DNA of 63,992 nucleotides, filler included, from Octopus bimaculoides (Eukaryota): NCBI RefSeq assembly GCF_001194135.2. It is 6 parts of 6 records of this genome, joined end to end, with 100 filler letters (N's around TTAATTAATTAA, not from the genome) between each part and the next. Parts side by side here need not be neighbours in the genome. Positions count along the whole stretch, not along the records: positions 24,239 to 46,614 come from NC_068993.1; positions 46,715 to 58,339 come from NC_068981.1; 4 more parts are not named here. One strand, 5' to 3'. Shown piece by piece: positions 39,960 to 50,559 of this stretch (position 1 is its first letter; each line of letters starts with the position of its first letter). The notes under the pieces were generated by a model. It saw only the letters and a program-made list of their open reading frames with translations, ran no database searches and was not told where the DNA came from. The position numbers and the translations under genes were made by a program.

Positions 39960-40800
39960 CTAATGATAAAATTTGGCTGATAATCCCTTTTGCTATAGAA
40001 AATTAAAAATAATTTATTAAAATCTATTTTTACAATTATTAATAAACATTTTAATACTAACAGCAAATACTATGAAATAGTTAATAACCCTATTAATATT
40101 GGATATAATTTAACACATAACTTAGCAATTATTATACCTTCTGTAAACAATAAGAAATTAGACAAATTCTACTTAAATAGAAACACTTATAATTATAATA
40201 ATAATTATTATTTTAATTACTTTAACCCCACCCCGTACTTAATGCACATTCTTTTAATTTGAATAATCCCGTTAATAATAGATCTCATAATAACAGAGTC
40301 TAACAAAATAACACTGCAATAACTAATAGCATTTCCCTATTAAATACACATAAAAAAATAATAATATCCATGATAATTGTAACCGCGGGATTAGAAAGAA
40401 TTGTTTATTTAAGAATGCATACAAAAGAAAAAAATGTAATATATCAATGCACTGTTACAATTCTAGATAATAAATATTTTTATGTAGAAGCTACGGAAAA
40501 TGAAATAAAAAGACGCATATCTATGCACTTACACACTTTTAGAAACAAACATAAATCCAACTCAACTGGATTAAGCAAATTCATCTGGGTTCTAAAGTAT
40601 GAAAATATAAATTTTGATATTAAATGGGATATAATAGGCTCAGCACCTTCTATAAAGCTAATAATAAAAATGTCTTCTTTGTTTAAATGAAAAATCTTTT
40701 ATCCTCACGGCAAAATTCCCTCTACTTAACCTCAAAGATGAGAGAAAATTCACTTCTCTACACGTGGGAAAATATGTATTTTCCAAATGTAAATAAATAG
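39960..40800 (+). mobile_element. Penelope-like element (type 2) RT-distal linker and GIY-YIG
   Basis: KIWLIIPF..IINKHFNTNSKYYEIV..IGYN linker, then KNVIYQCTVT..YVEATENEIKRRISMHLHTFRNKHKSNSTGLSKFIWVLK..FDIKWDII. Confidence 0.8.
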
Positions 40801-41755
40801 ATCATAAATGTTTACTTTCCTTTCTCACAACTATAGTTACACATTAACCCTTAATCCCATGCTACTACTTTTATTTACTATATTGTTAATAAATTGTTCT
40901 ACTTAGTAATAGGACCCATAGGGTTTTTCTATTATTTATTCCATACATTGATATTTAAAATATAGATTTATATTAATAATAATATTTATTTTCATTTTTA
41001 TTTTTGGAATGACCCCTTTAATTTACTTGGATTAATATTTTAATACCTGGATTGAAACATTATATCTCTCCTTATATCTCTTCTATATATATTTTTACTA
41101 TTTTTTTCTAATACATTTTTACATTTTTACATTACCATGTTCGTTACTTAATTCCCTAATAGTAGTAATTATTATTTTAAATTAATATTGCTAATTCATA
41201 TTTCCCCTTTATCCATCATTAATATAATTAAAACTTATTTGTAAATTTCTTTCCCCCTGCTTTTGATTAATATTAATATTGAACCTTTATTCTCAACCCA
41301 TTGTATATTTTTTATCTAATATTAATTATCCAGCAATTTTATTTATTCATTTTATTTATGTCTATTTATTTATTTGTTTATTAAACTAATATATATAGAT
41401 ATGTTTATTTTCAAACCTTTACATTAAAAAAAACATATTTTCATCTATATTGAACCCTTTTCTCCCATTATTGTATATTTTTAGCTAACACTAGTTATCT
41501 AGCCATTTTATTTTATTTATTTTTATTTATTTATTTATTTATTAAACTAATATATAGAGCATTATTTACATTATTTACATTATTTACATTTGACGTTAAT
41601 AATGTATATAATGTACATAATTCCTCATCTCTTAAATATATAACTGTATTATCTAATCGGTACGGAGCCGACATTAGACTTCAATGGAGACATATAGAGA
41701 ATAATAATATTAATAATACCTTAGGAATGAGAACCCAGGTTCGAAATTTCCCAAA

Positions 41756-41801
41756 GACACCTGATGAAGGCTGGAGAGTATATCAGCCGAAACGTTGCGT
41801 T
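41756..41801 (+). ncRNA. Minimal type-I hammerhead ribozyme motif in a pLTR-like repeat
   Basis: GACAC-CTGATGA-A-GGCTG(gagagtatat)CAGCC-GAAAC-GTT|GCGTT. Stem I GACAC/GCGTT (one mismatch), stem II 5 bp, palindromic AACGTT stem III; predicted cleavage after 41796. Confidence 0.75.
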
Positions 41802-42292
41802 AACAACAAACATGATGAGGACAAGTATCCGTCAGGTGTAAATAATGTAAATAATGTACATAATTCCTCATCTCTTAAATATAGATCTTTAATATAGAGG
41901 GATATAATTATTTTTAAACCATTATATTATTAAAAGAAACATATTTTTATCTATAATAATTACCGTTCTATACTTTTTTCCTGGATAATGTATATTTACC
42001 GCCCCTTGACCACTATATTTGTACGCTCAAGCATGTCGTCGCTTAAACTAAAAATCTTAAAAAATATTCTTTGACATACGGGATTTTTCCTTTTTCTTTT
42101 ATTTATACAAATAACATATTAACTCTGCTCGTATTTTGTTTCTTCTTCCTTTATTCATATATCGTAGATTGCACACATGAGCATTTTATCCCTTAAATTG
42201 TTATATAACTATGAAATTTTCTTTGCTCTTTCTTATAAATATATAATATTAACTCTGTTTTCTATATTTTTTTCGTTTTTCTTTTTTCTTTC

Positions 42293-42660
42293 TTTATTAC
42301 TTCTACCTTAGCGAAGGTGGAGGTATTGTTTTCAGTCGGGTTTGTTTGTTTGTTTGTTTGTCCGTGGACGAGATATCTCGGATGAAACTTTCAGGGGTAT
42401 TTGGTCTCGTGAGTGGTAAGAACTAATTAGAATTTGGGATCGACCCGGCACAAACAATTGTGGATTATTTTTCCTGCTTTTTTTATTTTTATTTTTTACT
42501 TAATTTTTGAGAGCGGTCGGGATCATTTTTAGTATTCTCGTTTGTGAGAGCAGTTGAGTTTATTTCAGATATTTCCATTTTAAAAATCATTTCTGGCTAA
42601 TCGTTGAGAGGACGTTGGTGTTACCTTGACGGAGGTTTGCGTTCTCTGAGTGTTCTTGTT
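42293..42660 (+). mobile_element. DINE-1/HINE-like (Helentron-associated) non-autonomous element
   Basis: Starts ttattac-ttctaccttagcgaaggtggag (5' hairpin), has internal (TTTG)n, and ends ccttgacggaggtttgcgttctctgagtgttcttgtt. The subterminal complementary segments and T-rich ends are typical of HINEs. Confidence 0.6.
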
Positions 42661-43191
42661 TACATATTACATTACATTAAATTGAACGCTACTTATTTCA
42701 AATATGACCAATAGACTCTCTTTTACTTATTTAATAGATTGTGGTTACTAGTAACCAAAGTAGATTTGGTTATTAGTTTCTTGACTATTGAAAACACGTA
42801 CATTACATACATTTTAAATTTATTTATTTATTTATTCACTATCCTATTTGTATTTATATTTTCATTTTCATTGAATCCAATTTGAACATAAATAAACTTT
42901 TGAGTTTGAATCTAAGTAGTAACAAATTTTTGCACAAATACATATCAGTTCTCATATATATGTATTAGGTTCTTGCATATTTATATATATATAGATATAT
43001 AGATATAGATATATATAATTATTTGCATGCCATTTCTTCACAGATACTTACATGCATATATTACGTATTAGTGTGTAAATATATGAAGGCATATGTGCAA
43101 AATGGGATTATTGCTGTGACCATTTATTTTCTATTCTTTAGTCTACATTTTATATATTTTTGTGTATTTCTATACGTATAGATATTTGAAC

Positions 43192-43243
<52 letters not shown>

Positions 43244-44050
43244 GCATTCAAAAATATATTTTTTTACCTATAACTTTACCCATTTTATATTTTATTTTTA
43301 TGTACACATTTATACACCTTTATTACTTAAATTGTTATAAATATATTTACCCTAATAATAATATTATACTTAAATACAATGTTAATTAGTATATTATTTA
43401 CTTTTATACTTTTTATTGATTTCGCAGAATATATTATACTACTCAAATTTTTATAAACATGTTTACCCTTATATTAATTTGATACTTAAATATACGGTTT
43501 ATTACTATTTATTACTTCCCTTTGCACTCTTAACGTTTACCCAAAGCATATTACATTATTTATTATACTTTCTTCTCTAAACATACTACCTTTCTCTTCT
43601 TAAGGTTTATACCAAGTTTTCATATAAAACAATACTCAGTTAGCTGAAATGCTCCATAAGCTTAACACATAAAAATATTAAAATGTAATGGTATATCTTT
43701 TCTACCTCCGATAAGATTCAACTTTATAATGATTTAATTATTCAAGTCTGAATCGAAACAGCTGTCAGTAATTATGTCTATTTTTGCAATTAATGAATAT
43801 GATTATTATTGATTTATCTCTATTTTCTTACTTTTTCTTTTATACATATATATATATATATTTAATCAAATATATTCCTTGTGAGTAAAGTGCACTGGAT
43901 TTCAGATGCGTACTCTTAATATGAAGAATGTGTAAAACCTTAAAAGTATTTAGAGATTCAATTAGAGCGATAATGTATCAGAAAGTAAAAGCAGGAAAAA
44001 TTACATCATAAAAATCGCAGTAGAGATACGTCCGTAATATAAATAATATA

Positions 44051-44123
44051 TCTTACGATCGTTTCATGATTACCTTTCGAAATGAATCCAAAATTGATAA
44101 TCATTATATCCACTCATCAGAGA
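44051..44123 (-). ncRNA. Minimal hammerhead ribozyme motif (minus strand)
   Basis: Reverse complement: TCT-CTGATGA-gtggatataATGATTATC..GGTAATCAT-GAAAC-GATC-GTA|AGA. Stem I TCT/AGA; palindromic ACGATCGT stem III; stem II partly shortened relative to the 46121 copy. Confidence 0.65.
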
Positions 44124-44600
44124 AGAGGATGAATTTCTGTGTAGTCAATTGAATGAGAGAGATTCTATTTAAAATCGCATGATAAAGATGTTGTTTAAAA
44201 AGTTATTGGTATAGATGTGTATTGGTATAAACTGGGGCAAAAAATTTTGAAAACACTAATATAAATCAATAGTAAAATCCTTTGTAATAATCCGTAATGG
44301 TTGTGTGTAAACAGAAGTCCTACAATTCCTTTTCTCTTCAGTATGTAAACAATAAAAGTGGTTAATTGTTGCTTTTAAATTTATATATACAAAACTGGAA
44401 GATGTCATTATTATATTTTATGCAAATGTAAAAATAACCATGTACTGACCCAAAATAGAATCAACTAATGTGTTATATTTAGAGTATAGGTTCAAGTTTC
44501 AAGAAGACAAATTTCAGGCACTCATCTAATGGATAATGTATATTATGTGAACATGTGTATAATCTAAAATAATTCAATTTTAAGTTTCTATTTTCTTACA

Positions 44601-44943
44601 GTGATGGCGCATGGCTCAGTGGTTAGAGCGTCGAGCTTACGATCGTGAGGTTATGAGTTCGAATCCGGGACCGGGCTGCGTGTTGTGTTCTTGAGCAAGA
44701 CACTTTATTTCACGTTGCTCCAGTTCACTCAGCTGTAGAAATGAGTTGCGACGTCACAGGTGCCAATCTGTATCGGCCCCTTTGCCTTTCTCTTGGATAA
44801 CACTGGTGGCGTGAAAAGGGGAGGCTGGCATGTATGGGCGACTGCTGGTCTTCCATAAACAACCTTTCCCTGGGTTGTGCCTGGGAGGGTAACTTTCTAG
44901 GTGCAATCTCATGGTCAGTCATGACCGAAGGGGGTCTCTAAGC
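44601..44943 (+). mobile_element. Full-length tRNA(Arg-ACG-like)-derived SINE (family C) with 11-bp TSD
   Basis: A-box TGGCTCAGTGG, anticodon-like loop ttACGat, B-box GAGTTCGAATCC; TSD ATTTTCTTACA at 44590-44600 and 44944-44954. Confidence 0.92.
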
Positions 44944-45672
44944 ATTTTCTTACAACAATCCTACTATTTTATTATAATACCATAATATGAAATACAATAT
45001 TAATGTGAATCTTATGTAGCCAATGAAGTACTGTTATTCGTAATATTCGACTTAAATGAATGTATATGTGCTAAAAATTGTTTAAAGTTAATAGAGCTCC
45101 CTATATATACATTATTGTGTGGTTAGAAGTTTTAGTAACAGTACACTTATATATAACGTTGAACCTTCTACATTTGACTTATAAAGGACATGATATTTTG
45201 TTATTTTTACATGTGTAATATATAGTTGCATGTTTCTGTTCCGTGGTATAAGATTTAATGGTATTATGATTATTGTTATGGTTTTGTGGTGTTATATTTG
45301 AATTTGTTGTGGAATCATTTATAATAGAATTAGGTAAATTTACTGTTTGTACATTACTGTCGTTGTTAGGTTGTGGTATTGGTTATCTAAAGTCTTGTCT
45401 ATTGAATGGTTTGCATATTTTGAGAATCATTTATAATAGAATTAGGTAAATTTACTGTCTGTATATTACTGTTGTTGTTAGGTTGTGGTATTGGTTTTCT
45501 AAAGTCCTCTCATATCGAATGATTTGCATATTTTGAGATATATAATTATTGGAAATTTGTTGAGATAACCACGTTTATCATACGATTTTAAATAGCATAT
45601 TTAAATAGGCGTAGGAGTAGCTGTGTGGTAAGTAGCTTNNNNNNNNNNCGATTTTAAATAGCATATTTAAAT

Positions 45673-46073
45673 AGGCGTAGGAGTAGCTGTGTGGTAAGTA
45701 GCTTGCTTACCAACCACATGGTCCCGGGTTCAGTCCCGTCTTGGGCAAGTGTCTTCTACTATAGCCTCGGGCCGACCAAAGCCTTGTGGGTGGATTTGGT
45801 AGACGGAAACTGAAGGAAGACTGTCGTATATATGTATATATATAAATGTACGTGTGTATGTGTTTGTATGTCTGTGTTTGTCCCCCCAACATCGCTTGAC
45901 AACGGATGCTGGTGTGTTTATGTCCCCGTAACTTAGCGGTTCGGCAAAAGAGACCGATAGAATAAGTACTAGGCTTCCAATGAATAAGTCCTGGGGTCGA
46001 TTTGCTCGACTAAAGGCGGTGCTCCAGCATGACCACAGTCAAAAGACTGAAACAAGTAAAAGAGTAAAAGAGT
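45673..46073 (+). mobile_element. Full-length tRNA-derived SINE (family B) inserted in the inverted pLTR arm
   Basis: aggcgtaggagtagctgtgtggtaag head, (AAAAGAGT) tail; candidate TSD (T)AAATAGCAT either side. The head is also duplicated before the 10-N gap (assembly overlap). Confidence 0.9.
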
Positions 46074-46120
46074 AAATAGCATCTCTATCATTTGATTGAT
46101 TACACGAAACTTCATCCTTT

Positions 46121-46209
46121 TCTCTGATGAGTGGATGTATTACCTAATAATGATTATCAATTTTGGATTTCCTTTCGAAAGGTAATACAATCATGAAACG
46201 ATCGTAATA
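46121..46209 (+). ncRNA. Minimal hammerhead ribozyme motif
   Basis: TCT-CTGATGA(46124-46130)-gtggat-GTATTACCT..AGGTAATAC-aatcat-GAAAC(46195-46199)-GATC-GTA|ATA. Stem II has 9 perfect bp; palindromic ACGATCGT; stem I has a C/T mismatch in this copy. Confidence 0.7.
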
Positions 46210-46339
46210 TATCTCAAACCTTTTTGAATAATCATAATTATACTTTATATATATTCATTTATTAATACAATATTATTTATATAATGGATGTATCTCCACT
46301 GCGATTTTTATGATGTAATTTTTCGTGCTTTTACTTTCT

Positions 46340-46517
46340 AATATATATATATATATGTGTGTGTGTGTGTATATATATATATATGTGTGTGTGTGTGTAT
46401 ATATATATATGTGTGTATGTGTGTGTATATATATGTGTGTGTGTGTGTATATATATGTGTGTGTGTGTATATATATATGTGTGTGTGTGTATATATATAT
46501 GTGTGTGTGTGTGTGTG

Positions 46518-46558
<41 letters not shown>

Positions 46559-46590
46559 GTATGTGTGTGGATATATATATATATATAAGG
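46340..46590. repeat. Compound (TA)n(TG)n microsatellite
   Basis: Alternating blocks of TA and TG. Confidence 0.95.
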
Positions 46591-46879
46591 TTGAGGAGGG
46601 TATTGGATTTAACCNNNNNNNNNNNNNNNNNNNNNNNNNNNNNNNNNNNNNNNNNNNNTTAATTAATTAANNNNNNNNNNNNNNNNNNNNNNNNNNNNNN
46701 NNNNNNNNNNNNNNGTCGTGTGTAAAGAGTAATCGATTTTTCTTTGAAAAGAAACCTTCTTCGTACAAGAACAAAGATTAGAATTTTACCTCTGAGGAAT
46801 AAGTATCCCATTCATTCTGTTTATTTTGTTTTATCTTTGGTGATACCGGATGAAAAATTTGAGTTAAGACGCATTGTTT

Positions 46880-47027
46880 GTTTACATTCTATTTAAAATT
46901 TACGTTAGCGAATTCGTTACGAAACCTTTTCGTTTTATCACTATAATTTTTCATTTAACTTTTCCTACAACGACCCCTTCATTTACATTCTATGGAAAAT
47001 TTACGATGGCGAATTCGTTACGAAACC
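46880..47027. repeat. ~46-bp direct repeat, ~102-bp period
   Basis: tttacattcta..aaatttacg..gcgaattcgttacgaaacc at ~46880-46925 and ~46982-47027. Confidence 0.85.
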
Positions 47028-47059
47028 TCTTTCTTTTGACCTGTCGTTTTTTCACTTTT

Positions 47060-47645
47060 TCTTTTTTTTTTTCTTACAGCGGCCCTCAAACTCTATACCT
47101 TTCGTTTTTCTCTTTCCTTCATATCTTCATTATCTGCTCCTCCCCTCTCTCTTTCATACCTTCCTCCCCCTCCCTCCTTTTCTTTCATATCTTCTTCCTT
47201 TACCCGCTTCTCTCTCACTCGATTTGTCTCACTTTAGACCTACCGCTCTCCCTCTCTCTTTCATATCTTCCTTTTTTCTCAACTCTCTCCCTTTCATATC
47301 TTTCTCATTTTTTCCACTTCTCTCTCCCTTCCTTTGTCTCTCTCTGCATCTATCTCTCTCCCTCTCATCTCCCCCTACCCTTGTATATTTCTCATTTTCC
47401 CTCCTCTTTGTCTCTCTTTCTCTCATTTTCCTCCTCTCTATCTCTCCCTCACTATGCCTCTCTTTCTCTTCCCCTCCTCTCCCTCCCTCTGTCTCGCTAT
47501 CGCGCCACACCCTCTTTCTCTTTCTTCATATCACCCTCTCCCCTTCATAACTCCCTCTCTCTTTCCCTCTCCCTTCCTCTGTCTTTTTCCTCTCTACCTC
47601 CCTCTGTCTCTCTCACTTCCTCTCTATCCTCTCCTCCTCCTCTGA
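47060..47645. repeat. Polypyrimidine (CT-rich) low-complexity tract
   Basis: About 580 nt almost entirely C/T; source of the spurious 282-aa ORF. Confidence 0.95.
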
Positions 47646-47660
47646 GCTTAGAAAACGAAG

Positions 47661-48433
47661 ATGGCGCCAAAGTGGGAGAGCAAAGAATTGAACCTTCTGT
47701 TGTGAGCATGTACAATAGCTAGCGGCGATCCGCTAAACCACATCATCACTGCTGCACTGAAGAACAATGGCTTCTGTAGAACCATTGAGCAGATACAGCG
47801 GAAGAAAAATGAATTCATCCGATCCTATGCCCTTATTAGACCACACATTGACACTCTTGATGTTATCATAGAAAACTACTGTGGCAAGGCTGATAAGGAT
47901 AGGGAAAACGAAGCAAAAACCAGAAGTCTCTTTCATCCAGTTGCCCCTCAAAAGAGTGGATCCCCCACCCCTCTGAACAACCAGGTTGATAAGGATAGAG
48001 AAGCTGAGGAAGCAACAACTAGCAGTCCCTCTATGCCAGTGGTCCTACAAAGGAATGGGGTCCTCACCCTATTTGACAACCAAGGAATGCTACCACCGGA
48101 AAAGGAGGGAAAGAACACGAGCACAGACGGGGAGAAAAAGGAAAAGGAAAAGATCAAATAACTAAAACCGAAACCCCAAACCACCAAACAAAAAACAGAA
48201 AATTCAAATATGGAGGCTCCATTGGAATCCGAAATCCTAGAGCAGAGAATAAATTTGGAGTGAAGTCAAGGACATGCAAATATTATCTGCAAGTTAAATG
48301 TTGGCATGGGGAAGACGGTACAAACTGCCAGTTTGTACATCTGAGACCCCGCCAAAAGTGCAGGGGCTTTAAGGAGAAATACTTCCATGAGGAAAGGCAT
48401 CAATTGTCTCCAAACGTAAGAACAAGACATTAA
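47661..48433 (+). pseudogene. Decayed ORF: Myb/SANT-like N-terminal domain + linker + CCCH zinc finger
   Basis: gaagATGG at 47661: MAPKWESKELNLLL*ACTIASGDPLNHIITAALKNNGFCRTIEQIQRKKNEFIRSY..., open to TAA 48159-48161 apart from TGA 47703-47705. An overlapping frame gives ..KFGVKSRTCKYYLQVKCWHGEDGTNCQFVH (C at 48275, H at 48338), with stop at 48431-48433. Confidence 0.65.
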
Positions 48434-48639
48434 AAGACAGTAAAAACAAGACATCTTGTTCTTGTTTACACTTTCACCCTCCGCAAAAAATTTCAAATTC
48501 TATTTAATTTGCTTTGCGGGAAGGACTGTTCAAACGAAGTCGCGTATTGTCCTTGCCTTCGAAACGCGGATTAGAAGAAACAGGGACAACTGAAGGAGGG
48601 AAATATTCTTTATGTTGCATGTCTCGTTTCTCTGTTTGT

Positions 48640-48800
48640 TTTTTTCGTTGTTCGAAAAAAATGTTCGTTTTCTGTGTTCGTCTTTATGTTTTCGTTTCTC
48701 ATTGTGTTTAATGATTTTTGTGATGTCCTGTACCCATATATGCATGTATGTATACAAATAGATGTAGGTATGTACATATATGTATGGATATATGCATATA
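48640..48800. repeat. Dispersed repeat, inverted copy of 2549-2720
   Basis: Reverse complement (catatatccatacatatatgtacat..gggtacag..aaacacaatgagaaacgaaaacataaa..aaaacgaacattttttcgaacaacgaaaaaaa) matches 2549-2720. Confidence 0.85.
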
Positions 48801-48920
48801 TTTATATATTATTTATGTTATTATATGATCGAACGCCACGCACTGTCTCCAAGTAAGTCTTATATTAATATATACACAATACATACATATATATATAAAG
48901 ACATATATATATATATACAT

Positions 48921-48989
<69 letters not shown>

Positions 48990-50492
48990 ATACATACATA
49001 TATATAATATACACACACACACACACACACATACACACATATATTGTATTAGAGGAAAAATGAAAACCAAAGCAGAACGAGAATCTCATGTCATTTAGAG
49101 TAACTTATTTAGGATAATGTGTATTTGAAGTCTCACAACCGATTGAGATAACCCGAGTATGAATATTTTAGACAAGAATAGAAGAATAAAGATTAATGGT
49201 ACTTAGAAAAATGTAGGCAGAAGAATCATGTTCACAGCTCATCTATTTCCAGAGGATATTGATATTAGTTGGTACTTACGTGAAGGTACAGGTCCTAAGT
49301 TAATATCGCGGGTAAATCCAGGCGGTATTTTCGCAGTATTTTGAATGATTTATTCATATTGTAAAAGTGTATATAGAAAGTAAGATAGTTATAAATGGGT
49401 TTTGTGAGCCGGTATACATGAGGGAGAACGGAGAAAGAGAGAGAGGCGAAAGGAATAAAGATAGGAGTAAAAAGGTAAAAATATGAAAAAAAAAAATAAA
49501 AGTAAAGGTAATGATAGAGATATGATAAATGGGCTTTGTGAGTGGGTGTATATAGGGGAGAGAGGAGAAATAGAGAGAGGAGAATGAGAGAGAGGAAAAA
49601 TGGAAAAAAAAACAATATGGGTTAAATAAGTAAAAATAAGAATAAATATAAAAATAACATAAAATTAAAGTAAAGGTAATGATAGATATATGTCAGAATT
49701 GCATCGGAGTGTGAGGTCAAACGTTAAAGTTTCAATAGAGTGGTTAGTACAAACATTTAGAATTATTATATTTCAAGCTTAATAGCAGTTAAATGATACG
49801 AGGTAAAAGATTAAGACTTAAATTTAAATCTTAAAATTAAAAAATTAAAAATTAAAACCTATACTTAAAATTAGAAACTAAGAAAAATAAAACCTAAAAA
49901 CTAAAAAGACTAAACAGCTATTGAAATGAAACTAGCTAGCTTCTAAGATGCTTATGCTTATAGAGAAGTAGAGGAAAAAGAANNNNNNNNNNNNNNNNNN
50001 NNNNNNNNNNNNNNNNNNNNNNNNNNNNNNNNNNNNNNNNNNNNNNNNNNNNNNNNNNNNNNNNNNNNNNNNNNNNNNNNNNNNNNNNNNNNNNNNNNNN
50101 NNNNNNNNNNNNNNNNNNNNNNNNNNNNNNNNNNNNNNNNNNNNNNNNNNNNNNNNNNNNNNNNNNNNNNNNNNNNNNNNNNNNNNNNNNNNNNNNNNNN
50201 NNNNNNNNNNNNNNNNNNNNNNNNNNNNNNNNNNNNNNNNNNNNNNNNNNNNNNNNNNNNNNNNNNNNNNNNNNNNNNNNNNNNNNNNNNNNNNNNNNNN
50301 NNNNNNNNNNNNNNNNNNNNNNNNNNNNNNNNNNNNNNNNNNNNNNNNNNNNNNNNNNNNNNNNNNNNNNNNNNNNNNNNNNNNNNNNNNNNNNNNNNNN
50401 NNNNNNNNNNNNNNNNNNNNNNNNNNNNNNNNNNNNNNNNNNNNNNNNNNNNNNNNNNNNNNNNNNNNNNNNNNNNNNNNNNNNNNNNNNNN

Positions 50493-50523
<31 letters not shown>

Positions 50524-50559
50524 CGGCCTTCTTTCAGTTTCCATCTACCAAATCCAAGC

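Larger units (their letters stand above)
43980..46339 (-). mobile_element. 5'-truncated Penelope-like element (type 2) with terminal pLTR and an inverted pLTR at the 5' junction
   Basis: Minus-strand GIY-YIG relic CKNNKISCPL*VKCRRFNVIYKCTVT..YIGSSINFKQ..HIHSFKSNITNNSTSLA (~45230-44960), continuing past a SINE to ..ICLLET. Arms 43980-44195 and 45567-46339 (minus the SINE) are inverted copies. A 113-bp tandem duplication lies at ~45310-45530. Confidence 0.75.

Noticed and set aside
44605-44676. tRNA-Arg-like sequence as a true tRNA gene
   Set aside because: Imperfect acceptor and anticodon stems, continues into a ~270-nt SINE body and has an 11-bp TSD; a SINE head.
45583-45704. Perfect 56-bp direct repeat around a 10-N gap
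   Set aside because: Identical sequence on both sides of a minimal gap; an unmerged contig overlap.
46874-47722. 282-aa ORF and neighbouring Ser/Leu-rich ORFs
   Set aside because: Translations of the CT-rich tract, which lacks stop codons.
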